DNA of 64,000 bases, taken from NCBI GenBank assembly GCA_002269645.1, contig NIVC01001592.1, positions 200,088 through 264,087 of the forward strand, written 5' to 3'. Every line of letters begins with the position of its first letter. Position 1 is the first letter of the stretch. Positions 40,301 to 53,490 of this stretch are shown here, in pieces. Both the position numbers and the translations under genes were made by a program. This DNA comes from Macrostomum lignano. Its lineage: Eukaryota. Under the pieces are notes generated by a model. The model had not been told where the DNA came from. It searched no databases and saw only the letters and a list, made by a program, of their open reading frames with translations.

Positions 40301-43300
40301 TGGGTGTTTCAAGGTCATTTGAGAATCCCGAGTGGGTGTTTCAAGGTCATTTGAGAATCCCGAGTGGGTGTTTCAAGGTCATTTGAGAATCCCGAGTGGG
40401 TGTTTCAAGGTCATTAGAGAATCCCGAGTGGGTGTTTCAAGGTCATTTGAGAATCCCGAGTGAGTGTTTCAAGGGTCATTTAAGGACCTTAATGGATGCT
40501 GGGGATCAGATGAGAACTTCCGAGAGAGTGCTTTGAGTGGGTCGCTTTCATAAGACCGAAGTTTCACAACGCTGATAGGCTACCTACTGCATGGTCCTTC
40601 ATAAGACCGAAATTTCACATTGTAGAAAACTCAATATGCAAGGCCCTTTTTAAGACCGAAATTTCATATCGTAGAAAACAATATAACAAGGACCATGCAG
40701 AATTTTCGGCGTTGTGAAATTTCTGTCTTATGAATCCCCTCCCCCTTGAGTAGCTTGAGGGCGGCAAATTATTATTGAGTTCTACTTGCCGATTTCGTCA
40801 GCAACAAAGCAATAACCTTCTCTAAAATGTGCAGGTCCGTTGAGCTGCGCGGCAAGTCGTTCCAGAATAACCTCATCACCTACCGGACACTAAAGAAGCT
40901 GCACTCACCCGCGGCCAGTCTGCAGTCCCAGACGGCCTCCCCAACTCTGTTAGTAGTGATGGTTGGAGCCCCCGCCTGCGGCGCCAACGCCTGCATTCGT
41001 TCGTTCGTGCGCACCGGCATTAGCAACGGCTTCCGCGTGCTCGGCGTCAACGGCAGCTTTGAAGGCTTGGCCCGGGGCAATATTCGCCAATTAACCTGGG
41101 AGTGTGTGACCGGCCTGACAGCCACTGGGGGCAGCTTTCTTGGCACCAAGCGGGCCACGGCGGCGGAAGTTGGACTGGACAAGGTGGGCTGATATTCAGT
41201 TGAAGTATCATGTATGTAGCCTTGGTTTCATAGTGCTTATCTTACGCAGTCATATTTCAAATCCACCTGCCGTCTCTCTGAGGCTCACTGTCTGACTCTC
41301 AACGGCTCATTTCTTGACTGTCAGCAGCTCTCTGTCTGACTCCCAACGGCTCGTTTCTTGACTGTCAGCAGCTCTCTGTCTGACTCTCTACGGCTCATTT
41401 CTTGACTGTCAGCAGCTCTCTGTCTGACTCTCAACGGCTCATTTCTTGACTGTCAGCAGCTCTCTGTCTGACTCTCTACGGCTCATTTCTTGACTGTCAG
41501 CAGCTCTCTGTCTGACTCTCAGCGGCTCATTTCTTGACTGTCAGCAGCTCTCTGTCTGACTCTCTACAGCTCATTTCTTGACTCTCAGCAGCTCTCTGAC
41601 TTTCAACGGCTCATTGCCTGACTCTGAACGGCTCATTTTCCGACTTTCAATGGCCAATCAGATCTCCGACGCGCTAGCCAAGGTCGGCAACCTAAGCGGC
41701 ATCCTACTAATTGGCGGATTCGAAGCCTACACCTCCATGGTGCAGCTGCACGAGAGCCGTTTGACCTACCCGGTCTTCGGCATACCCCTGCTACTGGCGC
41801 CCTGCACCATCTCCAACAATGTGCCCGGCACGGACTTCTCAATCGGGGCCGACACCGCTCTGAACGAGATTGCTCAAATAATCGACAAGCTCAAACAGTC
41901 GGCCGTTGGCACCCAGCGCCGGGTGTTTGTTGTGGAAACCATGGGCGGCAACTGCGGCTATTTGGCCACCCTGGCCGGACTGGCCGGCGGAGCTGACGCC
42001 GCCTACATCACCGAGGACAAATTCGACCTCTCCGTGCTGCTCGACGATGTCCGGCATCTTAAAAAGAAAATGGTGGATGGCAGCGCCCAGCAGATTGGAC
42101 TGATTCTGCGCAACGAGAATGCCAATGAGAATTACAGCACTGACTTTGTCTATCGGGTGTTCAAAGAGGAGGGCAAAGGCGTGTTTGACTGCCGATCCAA
42201 TGTGCTGGGACACATGCAGCAGGGTGAGTAGAACCGCACCTGTGTGCTATTAACACATTACCTACCACACCTCATTGTTCATTAATTAACATCTGAACAA
42301 TCTCATGGCCAACCATAGAATGCCATAGCCACTCCTGAAGGATCCCATGGCCACCCTGAAAGATCCCATGGCCACCCTGAAAGATCCCATGGCCACCCTG
42401 AAGGATCCCATGGCTACCCTGAAGGATCTCATGGCCACCCTGAAGGATCCCATGGCTACCCTGAAAGATCCCATGGCCACCCTGAAGGATCCCATGGCTA
42501 CCCTGAAGGATCCCATGGCCACCCTGAAAGATCCCATGGCCACCCTGAAAGATCCCATGGCCACCCTGAAAGATCCCATGGCTACCCTGAAGGATCCCAT
42601 GGCCACCCTGAAAGATCCCATGGCCACCCTGAAAGATCCCATGGCCACCCTGAAAGATCCCATGGCCACCCTGAAGGATCCCATGGCTACCCTGAAGGAT
42701 CTCATGGCCACCCTGAAGGATCCCATGGCTACCCTGAAAGATCCCATGGCATACATGCGCAACTGCTGGCCGACCTGGCCGATCCGGCCACCGTAAATCG
42801 TGGCTGACCAGGGGTAAGTCGCAAAATTGAGTCAACCAAAAACAGAAAAACACAAGAACCAAGAAAGGCAAGAGGAAAGCGAAAGAAAGAGCAGTTCAGG
42901 GAAAATCGTGAAGCAAAAGAAAAACAATTCGCAAAAGAAGCAAACTAAGTTGTAAAAATAATCAGGTACTGGTAAGTCGCAACAGGAATCAGGTAAGTCG
43001 CAAAAGAAGCAAACTATGTCGCAAAAAGGATCAGGTAAGTCGCAAAAGGGTTAGGTAAGTCACAAAAAGGATTAGGTAAGTCCCAAAAAGGATTAGGTAA
43101 GTCGCAAAAAGGATTAGGTAAGTCGCAAAAGGATTAGGTAAGTCGCAAAAAGGATTAGGTAAGTCGCAAAAGGGTTAGGTAAGTCGCAAAAGGATTAGGT
43201 AAGTCGCAAAAGGATTAGGTAAGTCGCAAAAGGATTAGGTAAGTCGCAAAAGGATTAGGTAAGTCGCAAAAGGATTAGGTAAGTCGCAAAAAGGATTAGG

Positions 43301-46300
43301 TAAGTCGCAAAAAGAAGCAACTAAGTCGCAATAAGAGGGAAGTAAGTCACAATCAGAGGCAATCAGGGGTAGTAGGTGCAAGTGTGGCAGGAGAGCAAAA
43401 ACAGAATAGAAGCCTTCAACAACAGACAAGATCTTTGAAATCAGAAGCCCGCGTCAACAGTTTCCCATTGATTTCTTAAACTCTGGAGCAGGGGTCGGCA
43501 AACTCCGGCTCGCGAAGCCCCTCTATCTGGCCCTCGCCCCTCGGGTTCTTTGAAACTTCCTAACTACGAGTAGCAAGGTTGGTGTCTCTTCAACTCTCAT
43601 CTCTCTCTTCTTCTCTACCTTGCCTCCCCTCTTCTCTCTCCCCCCTTTCTCTCAGTCTCTCTCCTCTCATTTTTACTCTCCTCTCTTCTCCCCCTTTCTC
43701 TCTACCCTTTCTCCTCAATGCCCTCTTCTCTCCTCTTATCTTCAGCAAAAATATGTGCATATTTTCTTACTTCAAAGTAGAGGAAATAGAAGATTAGAGA
43801 TAAGCAAACAGAGGAGAGGCGAGCGATGCGATGGGAGAAAAGATAGAAAAGGAGAGAAAAGCTGAGGGAGGAAAAAGAGATGAGAGAGAAGAGGAGATGA
43901 GAGGAAAGAGGAAAGAAAAGATGATGGATGAGATCAGAAGAGAGGAAAGAGGAAAGAGGAGAGAGTAGATGAGAGAAGAGAGGATAAAGAGGAGATGAGA
44001 GGAGAGTGAAGAGAGGAGAGATGAGAGAGTAGAAAAGAGAGGAGAGATAAGATGAGAGAGTAGAGTGGAATGGAGAGAGACGAGAGGAGAGATAAGAATG
44101 TAGAGAGGAGACAGAAGAGATAGGAGAGGAGAGGAAAGAGAGGAGAGAGGAGAGGAAAGAGAGAAGGGATAAGGGATGAGAGAGAAAAGAAAAAGAGGAT
44201 GAGAAGATTGAGGAATGGAGAGAATTTGCAAAGGCCTCAAATCTTAGTTTAACATGCATTACTCCCATCTTTGCCTTTTTCCTAACTGTTAACAAGTTTT
44301 TGTTTGAGCATGACTTCAAATTTAGAATCTATGCAAAAATAGTTCCGGGAATTAGAATTCAGTGGTTTAAAAATCTGTGGGTTTTCACAGCTTGTATCTC
44401 TACTGGATTCGTATTCTGCATCTGATGAGCCATCTGAGTCAGGGCTCTCATCTTCCATGCCAAATCGTCTAGCAAATCGTTCTTGAGCTATAGGTCACAC
44501 TGTATTCACTTCACTTACTTCTGGACATTCATGAATCATGACTTTTGTAGTATGCTCACTACACTGTACTGACAATTTACTAATTGCTTCATGCCGCCAC
44601 TAGATGACATACTGATTAGCTGTTATAAAAACGCGGAATCTGCACGCAGCACTAATTAGCTGGCGAGGCATTTAGCTTTAAAAAATATGGTCATAGTTAC
44701 TCCTGCCGTTTACCTAAAGTTTTTGCTTGGCTCTTTCATAGGTAAGTCGCATTTTTTATCGAAAACTAAGTCGCACGGCCAGCGTAATTTTAGAAGTTGC
44801 GCATGTATGTCCCATGGCCACCCTGAAGGATCCCATGGCTACCCTGAAGGATCTCATGGCTACCCTGAAGGATTCCATGCCACACTGAAAGATCCCATGG
44901 CCACCCTGAAAGATCGCATGGCCACCCTGAAGGATCCCATGGCTAGCCTGAGGAATCACATGGCCACCCTGAAGGATCCCATGGCTAGCCTGAGGGATCC
45001 CATGGCTAGCCTGAAGGATCACATGGCCACCCCGAAGGATCCCATGGCTAGCCTGAAGGATCCTATGGCCACCCTATAGGATCCCATGGCTACCCTGAAA
45101 TATCCATGGCCACCATGAAGGATTCCATGGCCACCCTGAAGGATCCCATGGCTACCCTAAAGGTTCCCATGGCCACCCCTGAACAATCCCATAGCCATCT
45201 TTCAGAGATCTCCCGATTACCCTGAACAAAGAGCAGAAAACATTAGATTAAAAATTCGGTAGCTAAGCAGCAGATTGAAGGCTGCAACAAATCATGCATT
45301 AATCAGAAATGCAAAAAGTACGAGATAAAAGCAGCAACTGTTAACTGTGCCACTCATTACTGGCTGTCCTGTGCAGTGCAATACGACCGAACAGCTAGTC
45401 AACAATTTCTATTTGGCGAGTTCATAGAGAGGTCATCAAATTAAACTTGCGGTGCAGAAACTTCGATAAGACTCAAACCCCCACAATTCACTGCGTGTCT
45501 GCATAAGCCTCTGTTGGCGCCTAGTAAATCACTGGACCCTGAACTTTGCTAATGCTAGTTGTGACAGCTAACCCAGTGTTTGTTGGAGACAACTGGAAAT
45601 AGTTGAGTCAATGTGGAATTACCCCCAGACCCTGTCTAGACCAATGCAAAACAGTATAGTTTGACTAAGTGAAGGGGCTGTTGACTATTGCGCGTCAGTT
45701 AAAAAAGAGCTAATCTACACAAAGAAAACACAGCAAAAATTTTAATCGCAGCGCTGTTTTTTATTTGTTATCTTTATTATATTCACTTTACATGTAAATA
45801 GCGTGTTGTAATGACACCGAAAAGGAATTAAATCCTCTGACAACAGCTGACCACAGCTGACCACAGACAGACAGACAGACACTAAGACACTAAAACAAAC
45901 AGACAGGCAGTCAGACACTAAGACACTAAAACAAACAGACAGGCAGTCAGACACTAAGACACTAAAACAAACAGACAGGCAGTCAGACACTAAGACACTA
46001 AAACAAACAGACAGGCAGTCAGACACTAAGACACTAAAACAAACAGACACACAGTCAGACATTAAGACACACAGTAAAACAGGCAGGCAGGCAGACAGAC
46101 AGGCACTAATACACTAAAACAGACAGGCAAGCAGGCAGACAAACAGGCAGGCAGACAGACAGGTACTAAAACAGGCAGGTAGGCAGGCAAGCAGGCAGAC
46201 AGACAGATAGACACTAAGACACTAAAACAGACAGACAGACAGGCAGTCAGACAGACAGACACTAAGACACACAGTAAAACAGGCAGGCAGGCAGGCAGAG

Positions 46301-47188
46301 AGACAGGCACTAAGACACAGGCAGGCAGGCAGGCAGGCAGACAGACAGACACTAAAACAGGCAGGCAGACAGACACTAAAACAGGCAGGCAGACAGACAC
46401 TAAAACAGGCAGGCAGACAGACACTAAAACAGGCAGGCAGACAGACACTAAGACACTAAAACGGGCAGGCAGACAGACACTAAGACACTAAAACAGGCAG
46501 GCAGACAGACACTAAGACACTAAAACAGGCAGGCAGGCAGGCAGGCAGATAGGCAGGCAGACAGACAGAGACACTAAGACACACACTAGAACAGACAGGC
46601 AGGCGGGCAGATAGGCAGACAGACAGACACTGACACTAAAAACAGACAAACAGACAGGCAGGCAGGCAGGCATACAGGCACTTAGACACACACTAAAACA
46701 GACAGACAGGCAGGCAAACAGCCAGACGCCAAAGACCCCAAATAACCCCGGCAGGCGGCACGCCATCGCCCTACGACCGCAACTTGGCCACAAAGTTTGG
46801 CGTCAAAAGCGCCGATTGGTTTCTGCGCGCGCACAGCGCGGCAACTGCGGCGGCTACCAAGAACTCCACAGATGGAGAAGCCGTCGGAGACGCAGCCGAT
46901 TGCGGCGACGACATCGACAGCCTGTCGGTGGACTCGCACCTGGCCAGGGCCGGCATCATCGGCATCACGCGGCGCGGCACGGCAATCCGGCCCCTCAGCG
47001 AGCTGCTGCCAGTCACCGACTTCAAGCTGCGGATGCCCCGCGCCGACACGCAATGGTGGCTCCGTCTGCGCCCGCTGCTGCGCATTCTGGCTAAGCACGA
47101 GTCCGTGTACGAGAGCGACTCGGTGCCCAGGTCTCTGTCCGAGCAGAGCTTTGTTAGCGACGATCAAGTTTGGATCACGCTTGGCTGA
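37301..47188 (+). CDS. pfk: ATP-dependent 6-phosphofructokinase (eukaryotic two-domain type), spliced
   Basis: Exons with GT-AG borders and matching phases: ~37301-37444 ([13 protein letters not shown]), 38147-38366 ([17 protein letters not shown]), 38797-39173 ([19 protein letters not shown]), 39775-40142 (LGHVQRGG), 40835-41183, 41662-42223 ([18 protein letters not shown]), 46755-47188 ([16 protein letters not shown]). True start uncertain; possible extra first exon ~36385-36430. Confidence 0.95.
37590..38075. repeat. 25-bp minisatellite in PFK intron
   Basis: Unit TGGCCATAGACATTAGCAAGTAGTC. Confidence 0.93.
39190..39690. repeat. 30-bp minisatellite in PFK intron
   Basis: Unit GCCTTGGTGGGTCAGGTCAGCTGATTAATT. 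Confidence 0.93.
40195..40485. repeat. 32-bp minisatellite in PFK intron
   Basis: Unit GAGAATCCCGAGTGGGTGTTTCAAGGTCATTT. Confidence 0.93.
41285..41640. repeat. 44-bp minisatellite in PFK intron
   Basis: Unit CAGCAGCTCTCTGTCTGACTCTCAACGGCTCATTTCTTGACTGT. Confidence 0.9.
42335..45190. repeat. 21-bp minisatellite (GATCCCATGGCCACCCTGAAG) split by a transposon
   Basis: Arrays at 42335-42749 and 44810-45190 flank the 2-kb element. Confidence 0.92.
42750..44809. mobile_element. 2060-bp non-autonomous TIR element, CATACATGCGCAAC family (hAT or P superfamily)
   Basis: 15-bp perfect TIR CATACATGCGCAACT; 8-bp TSD TCCCATGG (42742-42749; 44810-44817). Contains a TAAGTCGC motif array, a CT/GA-rich tract and a Buster-like end CAGGGGTCGGCAAACT at 43489. 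Confidence 0.9.
45860..46730. repeat. Compound CAGA/CAGG and 36-bp repeat tract before the last PFK exon
   Basis: 36-bp units at 45870-46060, then degenerate CAGG/CAGA repeats. Confidence 0.88.
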
Positions 47189-47388
47189 GAGTTGAACGAC
47201 GCATTGTGAACGATTTATGTTAGTCCTGGAACGGGGGCGCTCTTTTATTTGCAGCGCTCATGCTTTTGACATTAGGGAATTAGCAGAAATTTCAAGCAAA
47301 ATTTTTTCCGCCCGTCGAACTACCAAGAGACAAACATTTTGTTGCGCACCTTCTCAAACAAGAATCAAGTCGTATCGTATTCAATAGT

Positions 47389-47531
47389 CATACATGCGCA
47401 ACCTTGGGAATCACTCGGCCGTTTCTATTGGCAACACACACATGTACGAGCTAAGTCGCTATTGGCTTAGAGCAGTCAAATGTGTGTTGCCAATAGAAAC
47501 GGCCGGGTGAATCCCAAGGTTGCGCCCAAGC
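47389..47531 (+). mobile_element. MITE, CATACATGCGCAAC family (one end truncated)
   Basis: Homologous to 35504-35675; lacks the final ATG and a matching TSD. Confidence 0.82.
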
Positions 47532-50500
47532 CCCAAATTTCATCAGCACGTCGTCTACCACATGTGTCTGCATCAGCTCTGACTCCGTTGGTCACCGACT
47601 TGAGAGTCCAGCAGTTAAGGTTCGCCCACTGTCGAGGCTTGATAAGCGGAACTAGAGAAATTCACAACAGGGTGTCCATAGTGCCTGTTGCCACCTGTTG
47701 CCACCTGCTGAATGTGCAGAAGCTCTGCCTGGGTGAAGGCCAGTCCAACAAAGTCAGAAATCTGGGGTCAGAATTTAAAATCAACACCGGAAATCAAATA
47801 ATTATGTACTTTCCGGAGTGATCTATGGTAACGAAAGTTCTGTTGCTAATGACGCTCTTTTGGGATCAATTTCAACCGTATGGACATGGTACAGTCAAAA
47901 CTGGATTTGTATCATCCAACAATATTTTGAACATTTTTCTTGGGTCGCTTATTGCTATTGTAGGAAATGTCACAATTTAGAAAACTTTTTTATCTGTTGG
48001 CACTGCACGCTGTAACAAATTTTATAGTATATTAATTATGAAATTTATAGTTTGATTTCATTTCCGGTTTGTGTAGAAATTTAAAATTTGCGCTTCCGAG
48101 TCTTCTGGCATTCAATCGATGTTATTCCATATCTATTTGCCACTGAGAGTTTCATGCGCCAAACTTAATAATATGAATTTGCGTTTCTCTGAACTCTATT
48201 TTTATTACTAAGTAGTGAGTTCGATATTTTTGCTGTTCTAGCAGTAAGGTATTATTTATTATTGTCTAGTGCGTTCCAGCAAATAGCCATTTTTATTATT
48301 TTATTCTAGCTATATCCTACTTTTAGTAGCTAACTCTAGTTGTTTTGTCCAATTAGTTGATAGCAATAATTAGCGGTTGTGTTTTCTATCCAAATTATCC
48401 AATGGTGCAATACAACAATACTTTGTCATAATGATGCTAATCCTGATGATTTATTGCAGTAGGCCTAAGCTGCTGTCTTCCCGTATATATCATTTTTATA
48501 AATTTACATGTAAAGTAAGCTAAGTATTAGTCAGCAAATTCAAATATAAAGAATTTATCTAGCAAAACTTTTAAGTCAGTTACAGCAACCTAGAAATTTC
48601 ATTCCGAAATCTGTAGTTGGTACTTAAAAACGAGCAAGTCTCTGGTGTTATACTTTATTTCTTATTGCATATTTACACTATCTTTAATGTCAATAACGGT
48701 GGAAGCAAAATGTGGTTAGCGTAAGCGCATGTCAGTGCAGGAATATACAATAATACATATATATAATATGGACAAGCCGTGTACCTCGCGGATAAGCTAC
48801 TGGTTTCTATTTGCTAAGGATTTTATTACTAGTGGATTTTACTGGTTGAGATTTCGGTAGTTCGCTGCCACCAGGTTTCCTGCTTTCCCTAATTCTAGTA
48901 CTTAGATTAAATAAGTGAGTCAGGACACCAAAGATTATAGTTTAACAGTTTGGAAATATTTGATAATAAAAGAAATGCGTACAAAAGGTTATTTTACATT
49001 AGTTCCTAGTTTTATTCCCGTTGTGCGTTGGGCAAGATTCCCAATATTAGAGGCAAGACTCCTCTGTGCAAGCCTAAATTATATTTCCTTTAATTTTTCC
49101 CATCTTACCACTTCCTTCGTGAATTCTAAGTTTAACTGTTCGAGGACAGGAGAAGACACTCCAAACGGTTTTCTTTCCCAAGAGCCCAACTGCTCTGTAG
49201 TTCTAAAGGAACCCCGATTTTAGCCACTTACACCTGCTCTAATTATTTCCCCGGGTTGAAACTACTGATAGTAGGCAAAAGCACATTTAAACCTGCATTA
49301 ATTCCCGTTCCTAAAAACTGCCCTATTACAAATACATAATACATATATACATATACATAACTATGTGAATTGCTTAAAATTATTTTTACTATTATATTAA
49401 TTAAAGCTTATCAATTCGTACTACACTTATATATTGTAAAATCAATTCGTACTACACTTATATATGCATTATCACTATAATTAGGCTTTGCACTAATTCA
49501 TCTGCAGAAGACAGTTTGCTCTAGATAGGCATTTAAAATCTCAGAAATAGACACTTAATAAAATAGGTAATAGTTAAGTTTTTCAACCAAGCCTTTTTAA
49601 ATGGCAATAAGAGTGCCATTCTTTTGTAAATTTTTTGTTTTAATATAGTACTCAGAACAGTTTTATCACTTTAAAACAGTATAAATCGCTAAAAAGGAAT
49701 AATATAGTTAGACATGATTCAAGTTCTAAATTTGAGAAAATATTACAAAGCAAATTTATTTTACAAAAAATATGTATTAGGTTAGGTGTAAAGTAAGTTT
49801 TGTAAAGTTAAGCCATACTTATATTTTTGACCATACATCATTTCAAGCATATTTATGCAGATGTACGACTTGAAACATTACATGTAGTTTGCCAGGACTT
49901 ATTGATTTACTCAATGTATACACTGAGCTCAAATGACCCACAAAAATGTAAAAATCTTCGTTTAAATAAAAAAAGTCGAAAGTTTTTTCGAAAATAATTC
50001 CCAAAAACAGCTATTTGTATTTATGTTATCATATTTAATATTCTAATAAAGCAGCAATACAGTATTTAAAAAAAAATATAGGCAATAGTACAGTTTTATT
50101 TCTGTGCACGTGGTAAGCATGAATACATTTGTTACCAATTTGTTGAATATATTCATTTTAAATTATTTCTATGCACATTATAACAAACTAAAAAAGCGTT
50201 TTTGTTTTTTGTAATTTTATACGTTAAATTATAAAAAATTAGAAATATTTATTCATTAAAATAGTACATTAAGTATCTTTCAGCTAATTTTTTTACTTTA
50301 AAGAATATTCTAGAAACTTCTTTTCTTCTCTGGACAATAATAGTTTGCATATTTAAGCACTTTGTGTAGCCCGCTCCGAAGATATGCCCGCTGTAAGCAA
50401 ACACAACGCAAGCTGAAACTCTGCCTCTCGTAAGCTTCTCAAAGCAATAAGCGCACACTAAATTAAAACATCCGCTAGCTTCAAAATGTTTAGCAGTGCA

Positions 50501-50938
50501 TTCAGAGAGTTCGAGTCTGATCCATTTTTTGACTTTGGGTAAGTTCAGTGACCAATCTTTTTCTCGTGCAGATGGACAAAGACATAAATTTAAAAGTACG
50601 TAGTAGTTATACCACTTTAGATTAGCGGCTCCAACATTTTTTATAGTCTTCAATTTTAATTGAAGTGGAATGCTACAGCTGTGTTAACGTGTAATTTGAA
50701 TATAAAAACTACACGCGTATATTGTCAAATATATGCCTTTGAAAATTGTTTTTCTGTAACATCCTTGATTCAGATTTTCCGGATATGCAAGTTTTTATAA
50801 GCTACAAAACATCCGGGATTGTTTGAAATTTTTTATCCTGGAAACTTCAAATTGACTTGTTCCTTTGTTGATTCTTTTTTTTTGTTTTTTTCGACTTTCA
50901 GAAACTCGCCATTCAGACGACAGCGGCGAGATCACGCC

Positions 50939-52167
50939 ATGCTAGAAGACCGCGGCGCCCGCGACTATCGCTCCGGTGAGCACTACCCAACTCGACAGGT
51001 TCACCAACGACCGGACGCTGCCGCCTTTGACGACGAGCATGGAGGGACCAAAAGCCGTCAGCTTGATCGATACGATCATGGATCCCGCCAGCAGCGTCAA
51101 GTTGCCGAGCGCAGGCCGGAACGAGGCGCGGGAGATGACTTCGCAATGGCACCATATTCGTCTATGTTTGGGGGTTTGGCGTCGTTTGAGCGCCAGTTCA
51201 ACCAGGTAAGCAAACATTTAAAACCGTAGATAACTTTTTCTTTGTTTTTACGATCTGCTACACTGTTTTCCGGGGTGTCTTGGTCTTTCTATAATAGTGC
51301 TTGGTCCGACTATTGAACTCATTGATTGCAGTCGGTTTGGTCCAGAAGATTTCAACATAACTTTATAATATTGCAGATGATGACCGGCATGCAGCGCATG
51401 ATGGCCGACATGGGCGACCGGATGCGCCAGATGGAGGAGGCGGCCTCGCGCGACGATTTCGACGGTCACATGTACAGCCACGCGTCCGTGTACTCGCGCC
51501 AATATGACGGCGAGAAAGGCGAGCCGCACGTTTATCAAGCCATGTCCGAGACTCGATCCGGTCCTGGGGGCGTCCGCGAGACCAGGTAAGCTTTCGCAAA
51601 CTGCTGTTGGCACCTCTGCAGGATCTCAGCTGCTTTTTCCGATCTGGAAATGAGTTGAAAGCCACAAGCAAAAACATTTTGAAATGTTCTCCAACTTCTT
51701 ACCTTTGCAGACGAGCCGTTCGCGACACCAGAGCTCAAGAGGAACGCGCCGCCCATGGCCGGCACATTGGCGCCAGGGGACACGTGGTAGAACGTCGCCG
51801 AAACATGGGCACCGGCGATCAGCACGAGGATCACAAGTATTCAGGCATTAGCGAAGGTAAGTTTCCATCAGCAACTTATTCTACTCAACTACATGAAATT
51901 CTCATGGGTTAGATTAGCAATCCATTACAAGCACATTTCGCTCCTCAATTCCATTCTCTAACAGGCGAAGTCGACTCATTCGATCGCGAATGGCACGGCC
52001 GGGCAACGGCTCTCATGGCCGCCGACGACGACGCGGCAGCCGGCGGTAGGCGACGTCGACACGCCCTCGAGCGTCCCCAGGCCGAGCAGCCGAGTCGCAG
52101 TCGACGCGCGATCACCGCTGCCGACCGGGAGGACGACCGAGCCGAGCGCCGCGGTGGCAAGCTGTGA
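50939..52167 (+). CDS. MLF: Myeloid leukemia factor (MLF) family protein, spliced
   Basis: Exons 50902(ATG 50939)-51205, 51377-51585 (PHVYQAMSETRSGPGGVRETR), 51711-51856 (HGRHIGARGHVVERRRNMGTGD), 51965-52167 (FDREW, TGA). GT-AG borders in phase; an upstream exon is possible. Confidence 0.87.
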
Positions 52168-53490
52168 ATTTGCATCGAGCTCGTATAGCTGGGACTTTGT
52201 CTAGAAATTCGTCATTGCTATCTAGAGTGACTGTCATAACAACTGCATGTGCAGGTAGTTTACTGCAGTTCATTCCGATCCACCTGTTAGAGTTTCTGAA
52301 CGCGTTTTTTGAGTTCCATAATTTCAGTCCAATTGTTTTTGTCCTTTGCGTATTTTTTTAATTTTTTTGTTTTTTCCGTCACGGTCGCACCACTTGCTTT
52401 CATGGTACTGAATTGCATATCATGTACTTTTACATGTACATGTATGGTGAGTACAATTTTTTACACTAGCCTGCAACGCGCGTTTCAACATTATCAACTC
52501 ATCCATGATTATTCTCATTATGAACTCTGAAACGAATTCACTTTACACTGTACATCAGTACATGTGTAGTATACATGTACATAGCAGTACAGTTGTTATA
52601 ATTAAACTATGTAGTGAGCACATGCAATGTACATTCACCATGTAAGCTTGTACGCGCGTTCACTTTATCACCTCATTCATATTCCTGTCATTTCATCATC
52701 CATGTATAACGAATTCTATTTACATGTAAATTCACTCGTACTATGTACATGTAAAAGAAAATAATAAAATAATAATTTAATAATAAATAATTTGAATATT
52801 TTTAATTGTCCGAGGTCCGCACGTGTTCAGACTCCGGTTGCAGGTGTGTCCGTTCTATTTTGTTTTCGATCCTACATTGAATTGAAAAGTCAACCAGAGG
52901 GTTTTTGCGTCAATTTCTTCTGATACAACATGCAGCTATATACATGTTTCCATTCTTCGACGGCCGCGCGCGCTTTTACCATGCACTTTTTAGTCAGTTA
53001 TCGCAGATGGCGAAATATATGCATGTATGTGATTATGTTTATTAAAATCCAAAGTGAAAATAGATTTAGTGCTTACTTCTCTAAATCTTTAGCATTTCAC
53101 CAACTGAGAGTGATTAATTAAGCATGTCAAATTTGCCGGTTTAGTTTTGTGTACGTTTTTGTAATCTAGTTTACAAAACATTGTCATCCACAATTTCAAT
53201 GATTAGTTTATGAAAAATTAAGAGTACAGCTATAAGTAATATATTTGTTTGCTACGCCGTAGTACTAGTAATTTACAGTAAAGATTTCGCTCATTCCTGG
53301 TTACTTAATCTGTAGCCTATGTGACGAAATGGAATTTGACAATCTGACCAACCAACAACAAAATTAATTATTTTTAAAAAAATTTGAACTGTTTAATTCA
53401 TTTTACTACATTAGCTGTCTACTAACTTTATACTTTAAAAATGGTTTGTTAATTTTTTTATAGAATTTAATTAACAATCTTACGAGAAAC

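Noticed and set aside
38008-52175. Antisense and alternate-frame ORFs over PFK and MLF exons (also over the ankyrin gene and LINE)
   Set aside because: Shadows of GC-rich coding sequence with no independent motifs.
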